Both the position numbers and the translations under genes were made by a program. The notes under the pieces are model-generated. The model made no database searches and was not told where the DNA came from. It saw nothing but the letters and a program-made list of their open reading frames with translations. Below are positions 1 through 13,930 of a stretch of 64,000 bases of DNA, in pieces (position 1 is the first letter of the stretch; each line of letters opens with the position of its first letter). Source of the DNA: Eledone cirrhosa (taxonomy: Eukaryota); assembly GCA_964016885.1 (NCBI GenBank), contig OZ024743.1, positions 299,336,001 to 299,400,000 of the forward strand. The letters are read 5' to 3'.

Positions 1-1319
1 CAAACATTCAGTATTTAGGATAACATTAATACTTTCCCTATTAAACTAAGCTGACAACTAAACTTATTTCTGATTTTTTTTTACGTGCATATAAGTAGAC
101 ACAAAGGCACTAATGGATAAACATGGTTTAAAAGTGCTGTCACAATTTTCTCTAAGTTTTTAGATATTCGGAATAGACCTGTTCAAACTACTCGGTCTAG
201 GTTACCAAATGAGTGACTGTGTGAGTAATATCTCCTCTTGAATTTATTTACAGTTACTCCAATAAGAAAATTTGTTTGAAGTCCATCATTCAATATTACC
301 TTTTCTTCTCTTCTGATATGTTATGTCGTTCAATTTGATAATCTTACGATTTACCTCATCCTTGTCAAAATATCTCTTGTTTCGACAAAAGAAACAATAT
401 TTCAATATGAAGCCCGAAACACTTGGCCTTCGTGTTCCTAGTATATCTTTGCTGCTATAATCACATATACAAATCTATACCGGTGAAATTAATGTTCTGT
501 CACCTGTTTTGCACAACCAAACATATATGTGTTATCTGCAATCAAATGTGTATGCGTAAGTATCTGTGTGTAATTAAATGCCATCTATTATAATTATTTA
601 TGAAATTTATCTATAACAATACACAATGGAAATATTGAATATAGCTTTTGGCAAATTGAAGCGTTTGCATGTTTGCGGAGATGGTAAAATTAAAATGTTA
701 TTTTGTTACATTGTTTCTAGGAGTATGGGAGATTTTGGCACCATCCGGTTTTCCATGGTTTCTTTCTTTTCAGATTGATGATAATCACGAGAGGCTCGTC
801 ACTAGAAGCTACTCCCAAATAGTGGATGAAAATAGATAAGATTTTGGCAGCTGCATATAATGTATATATAAAAAAATCTCATATAGATGTTCAAAATAAC
901 GAATGCACAGACACACATACAAACGCACACACAGACACAGACACACACACACACATATATATCCTAGCAAATTTTGTGTGTGCCCGTGTGTATGGGCAGG
1001 TGTATGCATGTGTTTATGGTGTGTGTATGTGTGTATGCAAACATACGAGAGCTCACTTTGGCATAAAATGATATTAACGTTTTAAAGACACCCAGAACGT
1101 TACCTATGAAAAAAAGAAAAAAAAAAAAAATCTTCACCTGCCAAATATTCTTTCCCTTCCGAATCACTCTCAAAGTTCTGAGCCAGATGAATGGCAGAAT
1201 CGTTAGAGAATCCAACTACATTCTGTGTTGTATTTCGTAATTATGTCCCCTTGTGTTATGATTTCAAATGTCACTCAGGTGGTCTTCATATTTAATTATT
1301 TTATGTTCGATATTACCAG

Positions 1320-1465
1320 TCAAGGCGGCAAATTGGCAGAGTCATTAGAACGTCGGATAGGATGCTTTGCGATATTCCTTTTTACTCCCTGCTATCTGAG
1401 GTCAACTTTCCCTTTCATCCATTCAGGGTCAATAATAAAGTACTAGACTTGTATTGGAATCGATT
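1320..1465 (+). mobile_element. Degenerate tRNA-derived octopus-type SINE
   Basis: ggcggcaaattggcagagtcattagaacgtcgg head and tcaactttccctttcatcc...ggtcaataataaagtac body; similar to other copies in the window. Confidence 0.7.
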
Positions 1466-1979
1466 CTCCCTCTATATCTCGTTCTCACTTCCATTTTCTC
1501 ATTTTCCTTCTCTAGAGGAAATCTGCTGTATTCAGATCTGAAGAGAATTGGGCCTCGCCAGGTTTAAAAATACATTCGAATGAAACAGTTGTAGTCCTAT
1601 AGAAGCCATTGCTATATTAAATTTCATATATATGTATATATAATCATCGTTTGAAGCTCATTTTCTCACGCTACCATGGACTATAGGAGTTGTCTTGTTG
1701 CGAGAAATGCCAGGTGAGGTTGATCATGTCTTGCTCCTACAGAACTGATTTTGGGTTGGTTTCTATGATGGATGCCCTTCCTAACGCGAACAAAATTATA
1801 GTGAAGGCTGGAGGCTTCACTAGGTGTATGCTTCAGCCTGTCCTCATGGGGGATGTATGGGAATGTGGTGTACGGTGGATTTCTTGACGGTTGATACTGT
1901 ACATATGCTTCAGATTCAGCCTGTTCCCTTGGGAAGGAGGGTCTCCTGTATCATATATATATATATATATATATATATA

Positions 1980-2864
1980 AATGCTACAAAGTACGAGGGA
2001 AATTATCGATAGTCGGGACTAGAAGAATTTTGGTAAAGTTTATATACATTTTCTCTTCAAACTTGCATTTTAAACTTCGCTCCGTTTAATTTGATTATTT
2101 GTCTAGTTAATTTCTACGGGCTAAGAATGACTCGGTAAATTTTATCTGACTGTTCCTCATAGGCGATAGTCTGTGACATTTATCTGTTATTTCTTCGAAG
2201 TTACATTTTAACCTTAGCTCGGTTTAAATCATTATTTATCTAGTTAATTTTTACGGACTAAGGAGAAGAAAAATTGGATATATTTTGTCTGACTGTTTTT
2301 CAAACTTATAATTTTATATAGCTCTGATTAATAATTATTTTCTTAATTAATCTTTTCCTTGAGCCACACCGTGGAAGGTAGCCACACTCATATATGTATC
2401 TGTGACTATGTCTAAATATATACATATATATCCTTATGAATTTATTCTAGACTCACTTTCGATTGAGTAAATCTTAGGCGGTAACTAACTGCTCCTTCTA
2501 GCAGCGTTCCTACCCGCCATCCGGCCTACCCTTCACACCCTTCTATTTTGACCGTTGGCCATGTGATGATTCTTACCCATTTTGAATTTATTTCTGGCGG
2601 CGATCACTGTAGAAATTTTAGTCCTACTGAGGTCTCTTGAAAAGCTCGAAACCACATGGATAATACCAGGATTGGACGTATCCACAAAGTACGAGCGAAA
2701 CTATCAATAGTCGAGACTAGAATAATTTTGGTAAAGTTTAAACACATTTTTTTCTTCAAACTTGCATTTTAGACTTAGCTCCGTTTAATTGATTATTTGT
2801 CTATTTAATTTTTACGGACTAAGGAGAAAGAAAATTGGATATATTTTGTCTGTTCTTCAAACCG

Positions 2865-2872
<8 letters not shown>
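1980..2872 (+). mobile_element. Non-autonomous PLE-like element with terminal direct repeats, between (TA)n tracts
   Basis: Sequence from 1986 (acaaagtacgag...gtc.gactaga..aattttggtaaagttt) recurs at 2686-2872; (TA)n on both sides; HHR-like motif overlapping the second repeat. Confidence 0.6.
2631..2718 (+). ncRNA. Degenerate type I hammerhead-like motif
   Basis: ggtctc-TTGAAAA-gctcg...cgagc-GAAAC-tatcaata-GTC-gagact; stems I, II and III pair but the core deviates from CUGANGA. Confidence 0.45.
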
Positions 2873-2924
<52 letters not shown>

Positions 2925-3862
2925 ATGTGGTTGAGTTTAGATGAGTTGATAATACAATGATATAAAGAACATTTTACAGCTCAATGTGATTTTATAGTCG
3001 ACAGTAAGAAAGATAAAAGATAGTTCAGAGTCTAATCCAATCGGGCAATTTCTGATGAGCTTATTATAATAGGAATGGAATATCCCAGTTATTTTAACAA
3101 AACGATCGCCAATTAATTAAATTATTTAATTTAAATCTTCGTTAACCCTTATTCTTATCCTTACTCTCTCTCTCACACACACGCGCTCGCACACAGACAC
3201 ACACACATACATGTATATATATTTATATATATCATCACATTTTATTTACCTTGCTTCAACCAATAACTATCACTTCTTCCGCATTATTTCATCCTTTAGC
3301 TGTTTTCCGCTCACAATAAATCATTTCATTCCCACTGCCCACAGCCAATATTTCCTTTATCAATCACCTTAATATAATTGTCTGTCTACCCGCTAGTTCC
3401 TGTTATCTCAACTGTTCACGACCAATAGTTTGTATCGTCCACTTTCCTCTCCAATAAATTCATTAATAAAGTGTGAGTTTTCTCTGACAAAGCCAGTCGG
3501 TCTCTCGGTACTGAATCAATAAACTTGTCTACTCACAGTTATTTCCTTCCAAACTGTCGCATAGGACCTCGTCACTTGTGTCTGAAAAGATATAATTATT
3601 CTGTCAAGCAGAATAACATACTATATCCATGTATACATAACACGTAACCTTATCATTCCTCCAATGTTTTCCACTAGTAAACTATAATTTTTTGTCAATG
3701 TTATGTTAGATATTAGGCGTCAGTTATAAAAAATCAGAAAAACGCTTGAATCTGGCACACTCACACAGTCATTCAGTTAGTTGTGATATGATCACAGTTA
3801 AAATCATTCGTAGCGAGACATATGTATTTATTATACGTAACGATATCGTATATGCTTCCATA

Positions 3863-4180
3863 TACGAGAGGCGGCTGAAAAGTTCATCGTCTGAAAATTT
3901 CATAAGCAGACAAAAATACTAAATGAACTTTGAAATACTAAATGACCAAATGAACTTTATTTTTCAACATAGTCTCTGGAAAGAAACAATGCACATAGCA
4001 TTCAATTCACTATCTAGAATTAGAGGGGCACTAACGTAGCAAGATTCATGATATAGGAATACAAGGGAGGACTGAGAATCCGGAGGCTGACTATGAAGAA
4101 TTTTATACTAGATCTATGAAATCTTACATGTATTTATTTCAACTCTTCTTATTAATACAACTTTTCAGCCCACACTTCTA
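3863..4180. mobile_element. Mariner-derived MITE remnant
   Basis: tacgagaggcggctgaaaagttcat ... aacttttcagcccacacttcta inverted ends; same family as 32477-32690. Confidence 0.55.
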
Positions 4181-5009
4181 TTCATATATCATGAATCATG
4201 CTATATTAGCGTCACCTCTCATTCAAGAGAATGAATCGAGTGCTATATGCATATGAAAATCTTCGGCAAATGATTTATATGTACACAGTAAAAAATCTGC
4301 AGCTTATTCTCATCTCAGTACGAGTGAATAAACGTCACCGATAATATGTAACTACTGTGAAATGTTCTCACACGGCTGTTGAGATAGCTGTGTCATGGCT
4401 ACAGCTTAAACATTCGTAGCAAGATTTGAATATGTTTATTTTACAGACATATACACCTACATTAATATATATGGTTACACACGCGCGCGCACATACTCCC
4501 CCCCCCCTCATGCGCAACCCTCGATATTTATATATATAAGGATGTAGACATTTAAATCGTCTATAGCATTTGTTGCAATAATGAATAAAAAAAAATAAAG
4601 AAAATATTCGATGAAATTTTTTATACAGTGGAATACTATTTAGCTGCATTTAAATTGATCTCTATGGATAATCCTATAGACAGACGAAAATTTTCATTTA
4701 TTTTCTATTATCATAAATATTTAATAGTAACCTATATATAAACAGTTTTGTATATGTATCTATCTACTGTTCCATGGAAAATGTCTGCATTATCAACAAG
4801 TATGAGATAGAGTAGATATAAAATATTCGTATTTAGATAGCTGTTGTTTTCATTCAGGTTAGTAAGGTGTCATATTTGCATCACAGAATTTGGTTTTCAT
4901 ATATTTCCCCAACCCAACCCGATTCTAAATCTGAACTCAGCTCGACCTTTTCAAATACCACCAGATTTCTACTTAATAACTTTAGGAAGAAACTGACTAT
5001 CATTGCTTG

Positions 5010-5157
5010 TAACCATAGTTACGTCCCCTTACAATCTGAGTTCAAATGCTGCCGTGGTTATCTTTGCCTTTCATCCTTACGGGGTCGATAAAATAAAGTA
5101 CCAGTAACATACTAGGTGTTTGCTGGCCTTGTGCCAAATGTAGAAACAATTATTAAT
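5010..5157 (+). mobile_element. SINE 3' part
   Basis: ctgagttcaaat...ctttgcctttcatccttacggggtcgataaaataaagtaccagt...gctggccttgtgccaaatgtagaaacaattatt. Confidence 0.8.
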
Positions 5158-5917
5158 GCCAACAACACCAGCTGTTTTCCTTCCCTCCTTCCCCTCACAT
5201 CTCACCACTGAATGCATGCCGTGCGCACACACGCATTCTCTCTCTCTCTCGCTGTTCGCTCTCCTCAACACCCACACATAATCATAATAATAAAACACTT
5301 GATCACGTAATAACCAATTTTTATTAGTTTCGACTGAAAACAGGATATTCTACTCTTTACATCCCTCTAACATACAATGGTTACAAGAAGGTGTTCCCCC
5401 CCCCCCCCCGATAGATAGTCAGGGGAGGTCGCTCTTAAGTGCTTCTGGTAACATGTAACCCAGTAAAACCTGTTACATGCTCCGGTTGTCGGCAATTTAA
5501 CCGCCTTCTTCACCAAGCTTGTTTGGTAAGGAGGGTGATTTTTGGATACTTTGTGGGATGTAAAACAAAACGCGTCAAAGGAAGGAGGAAGTCTGTAAAA
5601 AGACAGGTAGACGGAGTTTGTTAGTCTTAGTTGGCAGAGTCTAGATGAAGAATCATTCTGATTTCAAAAACGAGTTAGATGGGCCTTCTTAGTGAACTTG
5701 GTGACAATATTTCAAGTGGCTAACAGTTTTATTCTTGTGATTAAGGTGAATAAGCCGCCGACCCCCATTTATTCCCTATGAGAATCATGAACATACTGCA
5801 TCATATAGATAAGCATTGGTGCACTTGTCAATTGTCCACTATACTCACAAATGGTCAGTAGTAAAAATGCACCTATATTATTATGTATCTATGCATCTTT
5901 GGGTAATAAGAACATCT

Positions 5918-5993
<76 letters not shown>

Positions 5994-6105
5994 GAAAGGT
6001 ATAGAAAATATTGTAGCAAAATATATATATATATATAATCAAGGTTTAGCAAATAAGAAAAAGTTTCAAAATAAATTTCAAGAATTCACTGTACTTACTA
6101 TGGTT

Positions 6106-6192
6106 ACCTTTACCGAAACGGTTTCGAGTCTCAAAAATAAATGGATAGTCCTTGCGGGCCTCCATTGAAAAGATAAACTCTCGTCAGAAGGT
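6106..6192 (-). ncRNA. Type I hammerhead ribozyme, canonical core
   Basis: Minus strand acctt-CTGACGA-gagt...actc-GAAAC-cgtttcg-GTA-aaggt: 5-bp stem I, G10.1-C11.1 stem II, ACCG/CGGT stem III, GUA cleavage triplet; lies in a ~230-bp fragment between (TA)n tracts. Confidence 0.8.
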
Positions 6193-6417
6193 TCTTTTCA
6201 CTCGGAGAATATAAAATTCCAGAGTTCGAATTACGAACTGGCGCTATTCAAAATTGTTACTGATATATATATATATTGAAGAGAGAGAAAAAAGATTAAA
6301 AAAAAAAAAAATTTGCTCTATGGTTATTATATATTTGATATATATTGATCCTTATCGAGCCCTCATTGGATTTTAGTCTTCACATTTATTATTATTACTA
6401 TATATATATATATATAG

Positions 6418-6710
6418 TGTTATACTTGGGGAGGGTCATATTGTTGTAATAATATTGTTGAAATAATAACAGAACACACTCACTGTTTGGTTGGTTTTCG
6501 CTTCTGTATCTTTCATATCTCCATAGTTAATTTATTTGTTTACAAACTAAAGAATTTAATAACTGACAATTGTTTCTACCCAGGTTATGCTAAATATAGC
6601 AAATCATTTTTGTTTAACAATTTGCCATTAGTGAGAATAGACCCTGGGTGACATTAGAGTTTAATTAAAACATCGAAACAAGTCACCCAGTAAAAAATTC
6701 AGAATGGATA
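6418..6710 (-). mobile_element. PLE pseudo-LTR 3' fragment (second PLE clade) with degenerate HHR at 6561-6661
   Basis: Begins with the reverse complement of the shared terminus atgaccctccccaagtataac; minus strand aact-CTAATGT-cacccagg..cctgggta-GAAAC-aatt-GTC-agtt. Confidence 0.6.
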
Positions 6711-8043
6711 ATATATATATATCAATCATCAAAGTACCACGATAAAAGTTTACATTTAGAAATCGAATTAAAAAACATCGTAGTCAGAAAAATAGCATAG
6801 TCAGAAAAATCTAGTGTTAGTTGTATTTCTTAGAGTGAATAGTTTTAAAGAATTGTGTCATTTGTAATAAAAGTTTTCCTAAAATTGATTTGAAAATATA
6901 TAATTTTAACAAAACAGTATTCATATTCATCTGAAGCAATCCAACGATTATATGAATGTTAATGGATATTTACTGTAGACCTAACGTTATATTACCAATC
7001 ATGAAATTATATGCAGTGAATATATAGATATATGTAAATTCTTCGGTTGTTACATATATGTTCTTTCTACTATATTAATTATTAAATAATCAATAATATT
7101 CAATTATATTTGAGAATAGTATATTAGTATTACTTATGTATTTCAGAATGTTATTTCGGAGGTTAAAGGTGAGGAGGATTTAATATATTGATGTTTACAA
7201 AATATACAATTATATATTAAAAACGTATTGCTGGGTGCATAGATTAGAAGTAATATATGTTGAGCATTTACACTTCTTTAAGGGGTATTAAACATATGAC
7301 CAGTATATATAAGTGTGTGATGCATTTAAGAAAATTAGTCAATTAGATTAATGCAACTTGTTAATTCCGTTTCATTATATCTTTATCTATATAATACTAA
7401 ACGTCTGTGATTGCTTGCTTGTCTCTAATGGGTATACAAATAGAATAAAACAAGTTTCGCGTAAATCGGAGAACGGGTTCTCGAGATATGGGGTTTTTCC
7501 GATTACATTCAAAAACAAAGAGAGAGAAAGATAGAGAGGAAGAGATAGTGGTTGTGACAGAGTAGATTGAAAGAGAGACATAGAGAGAGGAAGAGGAGAG
7601 AGATAAAAGGAGAATGGAAGAGAGCCGCTTGTGTTGTTGTGTATATATATATGAGTGTGTGTGTGTGTGTATATATGTGAGTGTGTGTGTATATATATAA
7701 ATATATGTGTATATATGCGCCTATAACCAGTGCATATAAATCACAGACACCAACATATATATATATATACGCAAACATATATATACTCACAAACATTTAT
7801 ACATATACATACACTTACGTATATATGGACGTTCCAGTTTCATTTTCCATTATATACGTGTCTGTGTATATTTTAATTATTTAAAAATTATTTTCAAGTC
7901 AACATGATTTAAAAAAAATGTTTTGAAGGGAACGTGACCCAACGGGTCACAGGTCGCCTAGTACTATATAAAAGTGTGATTTTATCTAAATATTATTCCA
8001 ATACTATGTATTTAATATCACGATAAATAATATTTTAAGTTAA

Positions 8044-8310
8044 TTATATTAATATTTCCCACTTTAATGTAAGATGGTATGTTCTGAGTTTTTTTAATTC
8101 CCATGTAATACTAGCTAATGGTGTCATATGTTTTAATGTAAGTTTACTAAAGGAATGAAGTTGGGATTTAAATCTTGTCTTGAAACTATTTGAGGTAGCT
8201 CTTATGTAAAGTTTAGAATGCCTAGAGGTGTTAACTGTGCAACTATATACTATATTGTTAGTTAAGCAATTACTCCTATGTGGGCATAGTGTCTTGCTTC
8301 TACAGTTAGA
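8044..8310 (-). pseudogene. Penelope-like (Naiad-like) GIY-YIG endonuclease fragment
   Basis: ORF 8044..8352: CPHRSNCLTNNIVYSCTV...LYIRATSNSFKTRF...LKWEIL aligns by eye with the GIY-YIG at 52859-53401. Confidence 0.75.
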
Positions 8311-8351
8311 GTATATATGTATATATATACACGCACACCTACACACACACA

Positions 8352-8436
<85 letters not shown>

Positions 8437-8482
8437 ACAAGACCACTTTAGGCATTATAGTATATATATATTTTTTATTTAG

Positions 8483-8745
8483 ACAAAGATGTTTATGTCA
8501 ACTACATTTTCCAAAGATACAGAAACAAGAAAAATACACAAATATGAGAAGATGAAGATTGAAATGTATGTAACACAAAGATCAACAGTAATAGAAAATA
8601 CAATAAACATCACCAACAGTAATAACAACAACAACACCTCTACCACTAGCAACATCAACACCAGTAATAACAACAACAACACTTCTACCATTAGCAACAC
8701 CAACACTAGTAATAACAACAACACCACCTCTACAATGATGGGAAA
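8483..8745 (+). repeat. Short paralog of the 10.35-kb leader plus about 3 minisatellite units
   Basis: agaaacaagaaaaatacacaaatatg.gaagatgaagattgaaatgtatgtaacacaaaga is shared with 10359-10420. Confidence 0.8.
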
Positions 8746-10219
8746 TATTAAAAAAGGATAAAATGAAAATTAAGTATTGAAAAATGGTGCGAATTTGTAA
8801 AGAAGAGCAGATCTGATTGTATAGGGAGGAACGCACTATAAATGCCATAAATGAGAAGAAAAGGGGTGAAAGAGAAAGGTCTGTAGAGAAAGGGCATTAA
8901 CTTTTAGGCAAGGAAGAATGAGAGGAGGAATGGGAGAGGATGGCAGAATCTACAACTAAGTTGGGGCAGTGTTTCTTCTAAAATGACTTGAGGTTGAAAG
9001 CGTTTCATCTTATGTCTGACCACATCAATAGTAATTCTTTATAATTCTCCCATGATATCAACAACACCCAGAAAAATACTATAACAGCACATCCCAAGAA
9101 CACCATATTTTCCCACCAACTAATAAAAAATAAACACACGAATCCTCTCACTAGCAATTTCAAATTATAATCAATAACTTTGGAGTGAGGGCCTACCAAT
9201 TTCACAAGCCAGCGAAGGGTCTTCAGCGTAGTGGCTCTATCTTTTGGAAGTATGTCTCAAATTACAACTTAAATTTAGCAAAGAATATATTGGTAATAAG
9301 ATGGCATAGCAACTGCTGGAATGCCTTTGATCATAGGTATGTTGGGCCAGGATCGATACATAAGTAGTTACAGAAAGATTTAATAACATTACTTGTACAA
9401 TTTGTACATCAATTTAATTGTTTAAACAGTTTAAATGAATCGATAGATACTCCGGTTGTCCTTGTGGAATTTAAAGGTTACTTATACTGAAAAGAGAATG
9501 TGAACCATATGATAGAAACGTAGTTTTCGATACTTGATTATCGGTAGGTATGAAATACGGCGCTCACCCTTCTGCAGCAGGTTGACCTTTCATCTAAACA
9601 ATATACTTGTATACACAAGTGAAATATTTAGATAAGAATAAATTCAATAGATTCTAAGCGATAAATAAAAGATGAAGTGGTGGAAGAAGCGGTGATATGA
9701 AAGCAAACAGACAAGACCAATTAAGACGAAAGAACAAGAAAATAAAATATACTGATGAATGAGCATAAGATTATGGTAGCGGTGGTGATGGCGGCGGTGC
9801 TGTTGAGGAAGATGTAGAATATGATGATGATGGTGGTGGTGATGATGGCGACAGTGCTGTTGAGGAAGATGAAAAAGATGATGATAATGACTGTGATGGT
9901 GATAGTAGTGTAATTTAAATAGGATTAATGTTGATCGAAAGCAACGACAAGATAAAGAAAACTACATTAGTTATGATTCATATTCGAGAAAACTCATGGT
10001 ATTAAAATAATGATTATGATAATCAGAATAATTATGAACATGAAGAAGTATAAATGTAGTGATTGAGATACAAAAGAAAACAATCAGAAGATAAGTGAAA
10101 ACACGGAAAATGTGAAAATATAACATAAAGATCTTTATGTTTGTAGAAGATTCAAGAAGGTATATTTTGTTTATTTGTTAATATAGACAACATTTGAACA
10201 TCAACACCAGAAATAACAT

Positions 10220-10294
<75 letters not shown>

Positions 10295-10444
10295 TTTATA
10301 CGCTGCTACAGCTACTATATAACGATACGACTCCTACTGGTAAATAACCGAGGAAACAGAAACAAGAAAAATACACAAATATGTGAAGATGAAGATTGAA
10401 ATGTATGTAACACAAAGAACAACAGTAATAGAAAATACAATAAA

Positions 10445-11520
10445 CATCACCAACAGTAATAACAACAACACCACCGCTACCACTAGCAACATCAACACCA
10501 GTAATAACAACAACAACACTTATACCACAAGCAACATCAACACCAGTAATAACAACAACAACACTTATACCACAAGCAACATCAACACCAGTAATAACAA
10601 CAACAACACTTATACCACAAGCAACATCAACACCAGTAATAACAACAACAACACTTCTACCACTAGCAACATCAACACCAGTAATAACAACAACAACACT
10701 TATACCACAAGCAACATCAACACCAGTAATAACAACAACAACACTTATACCACAAGCAACATCAACACCAGTAATAACAACAACAACACTTCTACCACTA
10801 GCAACATCAACACCAGTAATAACAACAACAACACTTATACCACAAGCAACATCAACACCAGTAATAACAACAACACCATCTCTACCACAAGCAACATCAA
10901 CACCAGTAATAACAACAACAACACTTCTACCACTAGCAACATCAACACCAGTAATAACAACAGCAACAATTCTACCACTAGCAACATCAACAACAGTAAT
11001 AACAACAACAACAATTCTACCACTAGCAATATCAACAACAGTAATAACAACAACAACACTTCTACCACAAGCAACATCAACACCAGTAATAACAACAGCA
11101 ACAATTCTACCACTAGCAACATCAACAACAGTAATAACAACAACACCACTTCTACCACTAGCAACATCAACAACAGTAATAACAACAACACCACTTCTAC
11201 CACTAGCAACATCAACAACAGTAATAACAACACCACCTCTACCACTAGCAACATCAACACCAGTAATAACAACAACACTATCTCTACCACTAGCAACATC
11301 AACACCAGTAATAACAACAACACCACCTCTACCACTAGCAACATCAACACCAATAATAACAACAACACCACCTCTACCACTAGCAACATCAACACCAGTA
11401 ATAACAACAACACCACCTCTACCACTAGCAACATCAACACCAGTGATAATGACAACACCACTTCTACCACTAGCAACATCAACGCCAGTAATAACAACAA
11501 CACCATCTCTACCACTACTA
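10445..11520. repeat. 45-bp (some 42-bp) A/C-rich minisatellite, about 24 units
   Basis: Unit cacttctaccactagcaacatcaacaccagtaataacaacaacaa; open as NTSTTSNINTSNNNN and as mucin-like TPLPLATSTPVITTT. Confidence 0.9.
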
Positions 11521-11882
11521 ACAACAAGATCAGTAACACCACCACCACCACTACCACTACTACTACTACTACTACAAGTGACAACACGACCAGTAACAAG
11601 AAAAACACAACTACTACTACTATCAACAAGACCAGTAACAACAACAACAATAACACCAACACCATTACTAGCGACAAGACCAGTAACAACAACAATAACA
11701 ATATTACGAGCATCAGCACCAGTAGCAGCAACGACACCACCACTATTACTACCACTAGCAACTACAATATCAGTAACAACATTAACAATAACTACTATAA
11801 CCACCACCAACAACAACAATAAAAATAACAACACCCATCTACCACCGACAACAAGAGCAGTAGTTAAAACAAAATTAACCTG

Positions 11883-11927
<45 letters not shown>

Positions 11928-12367
11928 GCAGCAACAAAATTAACAATATTACTACCACTAACAACAACAGCAGTACTACCGCTAGCAACACAAAAATAAC
12001 ACCACCACTACTATTACTAGTAACAACAAAATATCAACACTACTACTACCACCAGCCACTACGACGACGTCAACAACAACAACAATAATGATAAACACGT
12101 CATCAATAACAACAATACCCAGAAGCAAAACATGTGCATGGTTAGCCATTAGTATGGGCTGCTCAACAATGATCGTCTATTTTTCTTTAGTCTATTAAAA
12201 GGCGGCCATTTACCAGACCTATGTCTAGTCACGTGTTAAACTGATAATAACCTATGGATCGAAGTGCTGGTGCAGCACTTGTTATGTTTTATGTTTCTAG
12301 TTATTCGCCTTCTCTTCAAATTTGTCTTTAATGTCTGTTGTTGTTGCCGTTGGATTTGTAAAATCAG

Positions 12368-12399
<32 letters not shown>

Positions 12400-12865
12400 T
12401 TTTGTAGTTTTGTCACTGTTGTTGAACTTTCTATCATTGTCTCAGATGTTAATATGGTATCATCATCAGCATCATCATCATCTGTATTAGAAGTAGAAAT
12501 AGTAATAGGAGTAGGATTGGTGGTAGTTGCGGTAGTATTACTGGTGATATTAGTAGTAATAATAGTGATGGTGGTGCTAACAGTAGTGGTAGTAGTAGAA
12601 GTAATAGTAGTAGAATATTGTAAAACTTTTTCTTATCTTTTCCTATTCTTTCATGTCCGGAATCAAATGACTATGTCTTATTGTCGGATCTGCAATGCTG
12701 GAAAACTGGAGTAATACATCTATAATATAATTTCGGTAACGCCTACGTGGGTAACTGATAGATATTTTAAATTCCGTGTTTACACACACACACACACATA
12801 CACAGTTATATATATATATGTATATATATATATATTTTTTTTTTTTTTTCTTTTTCTTTTTTTTT

Positions 12866-13030
12866 GTTATATTTTGGGAGGGTGATGTTGGGGAAAAAAG
12901 CACACGCACCTGCAACTTTTCACTTCAATTTACAAATTTCGGTTGGTTGGATGGTTCAATAACTGGAAGGTTGTTCATATTGTCAAAACTCTTTCGTCAC
13001 ACATTCTGTGATCTCCTCAGTGACTATTAT
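12866..13030 (-). mobile_element. PLE pLTR fragment (second clade) with HHR-like motif, interrupted by a SINE
   Basis: ttatattttgggagggtgatgttg...tttcgtcacacattctgtgatctcctcagtgact is homologous to 56361-56555. Confidence 0.7.
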
Positions 13031-13043
13031 TTAATTTGTGTCG

Positions 13044-13186
13044 ATGCATAGTTACGTCCCCTTACGGACTGAGTTCAAATCCCGCTGAGGTTGACTTTGC
13101 CTTTCATCCTTACGGGGTCGATAAAATAAAGAACCAGTAATGAACTGGGTAATTGCTGGCCTTGTGCCTAAAGTAGAAACAATTAT
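13044..13186 (+). mobile_element. SINE 3' part
   Basis: gagttcaaatcccgctgaggttgactttgcctttcatccttacggggtcgataaaataaag. Confidence 0.8.
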
Positions 13187-13252
13187 CTAATTTGTGTCTC
13201 TTCTTTCTTCTGTCCTACACCAACTCGTTGCTGTGAGTTATGTGTATACTTA

Positions 13253-13298
<46 letters not shown>

Positions 13299-13435
13299 CG
13301 CGGCTCATAGTCACTTTTATCTGTTCGTAGATGTATTTAGCCCGACTTTCTAAACTTTCATTTATAGCAATCGACTATGGTTAAAGAGATTTCCTACATT
13401 TTCTACGAATATATATACACACAGACACACACACA

Positions 13436-13510
<75 letters not shown>

Positions 13511-13689
13511 ACATACACACACACACACACTCACACACACATGTATATATATATATATATCTGTGTACGTTTATATGCATGTGTGTCTTTCTTTTTTTGT
13601 CCACGCGTCTCTGTCTTTTTGTGTGTAAATAATATGGATATATTTACTCAAAGTAAGTTTCGGTGAAGAAATCCGGCAGATACCTTGCT

Positions 13690-13930
13690 AGGAGAAATAT
13701 TTTCATATGCAAATGCCGATGTCATATATGGAGGAAGCGATGAAGTTAATTATTCTCCTGAATTTTTGAACTCATTGACTCTATTTGAAATTGTGTTGTA
13801 CAGATATACTTTAACGAAATACATTCTGTCAGTAAGTGGTATATAAATGGATCAAGAATGAGGCTTATTAACCCAGACAATATCTGCTTAGAGGTAAAGG
13901 TGATTTTGATTCATAGAGATATTAGTTTCT
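13690..13930 (+). pseudogene. Helitron PIF1-type helicase remnant
   Basis: Translates NYSPEFLNSLTL, then INGSR- and VILIHR-like segments, matching the Helitron YPxEFLNSL...LCNGTR...VxIPRI motifs. Confidence 0.5.

Noticed and set aside
3050-3075. CTGATGAG core-like heptamer (also at 39683)
   Set aside because: No matching stem II / GAAA / stem I arrangement
10296-11834. 512-aa and 308-aa Val/Leu-rich minus-strand ORFs
   Set aside because: Antisense read-outs of the 45-bp minisatellite; open because of composition
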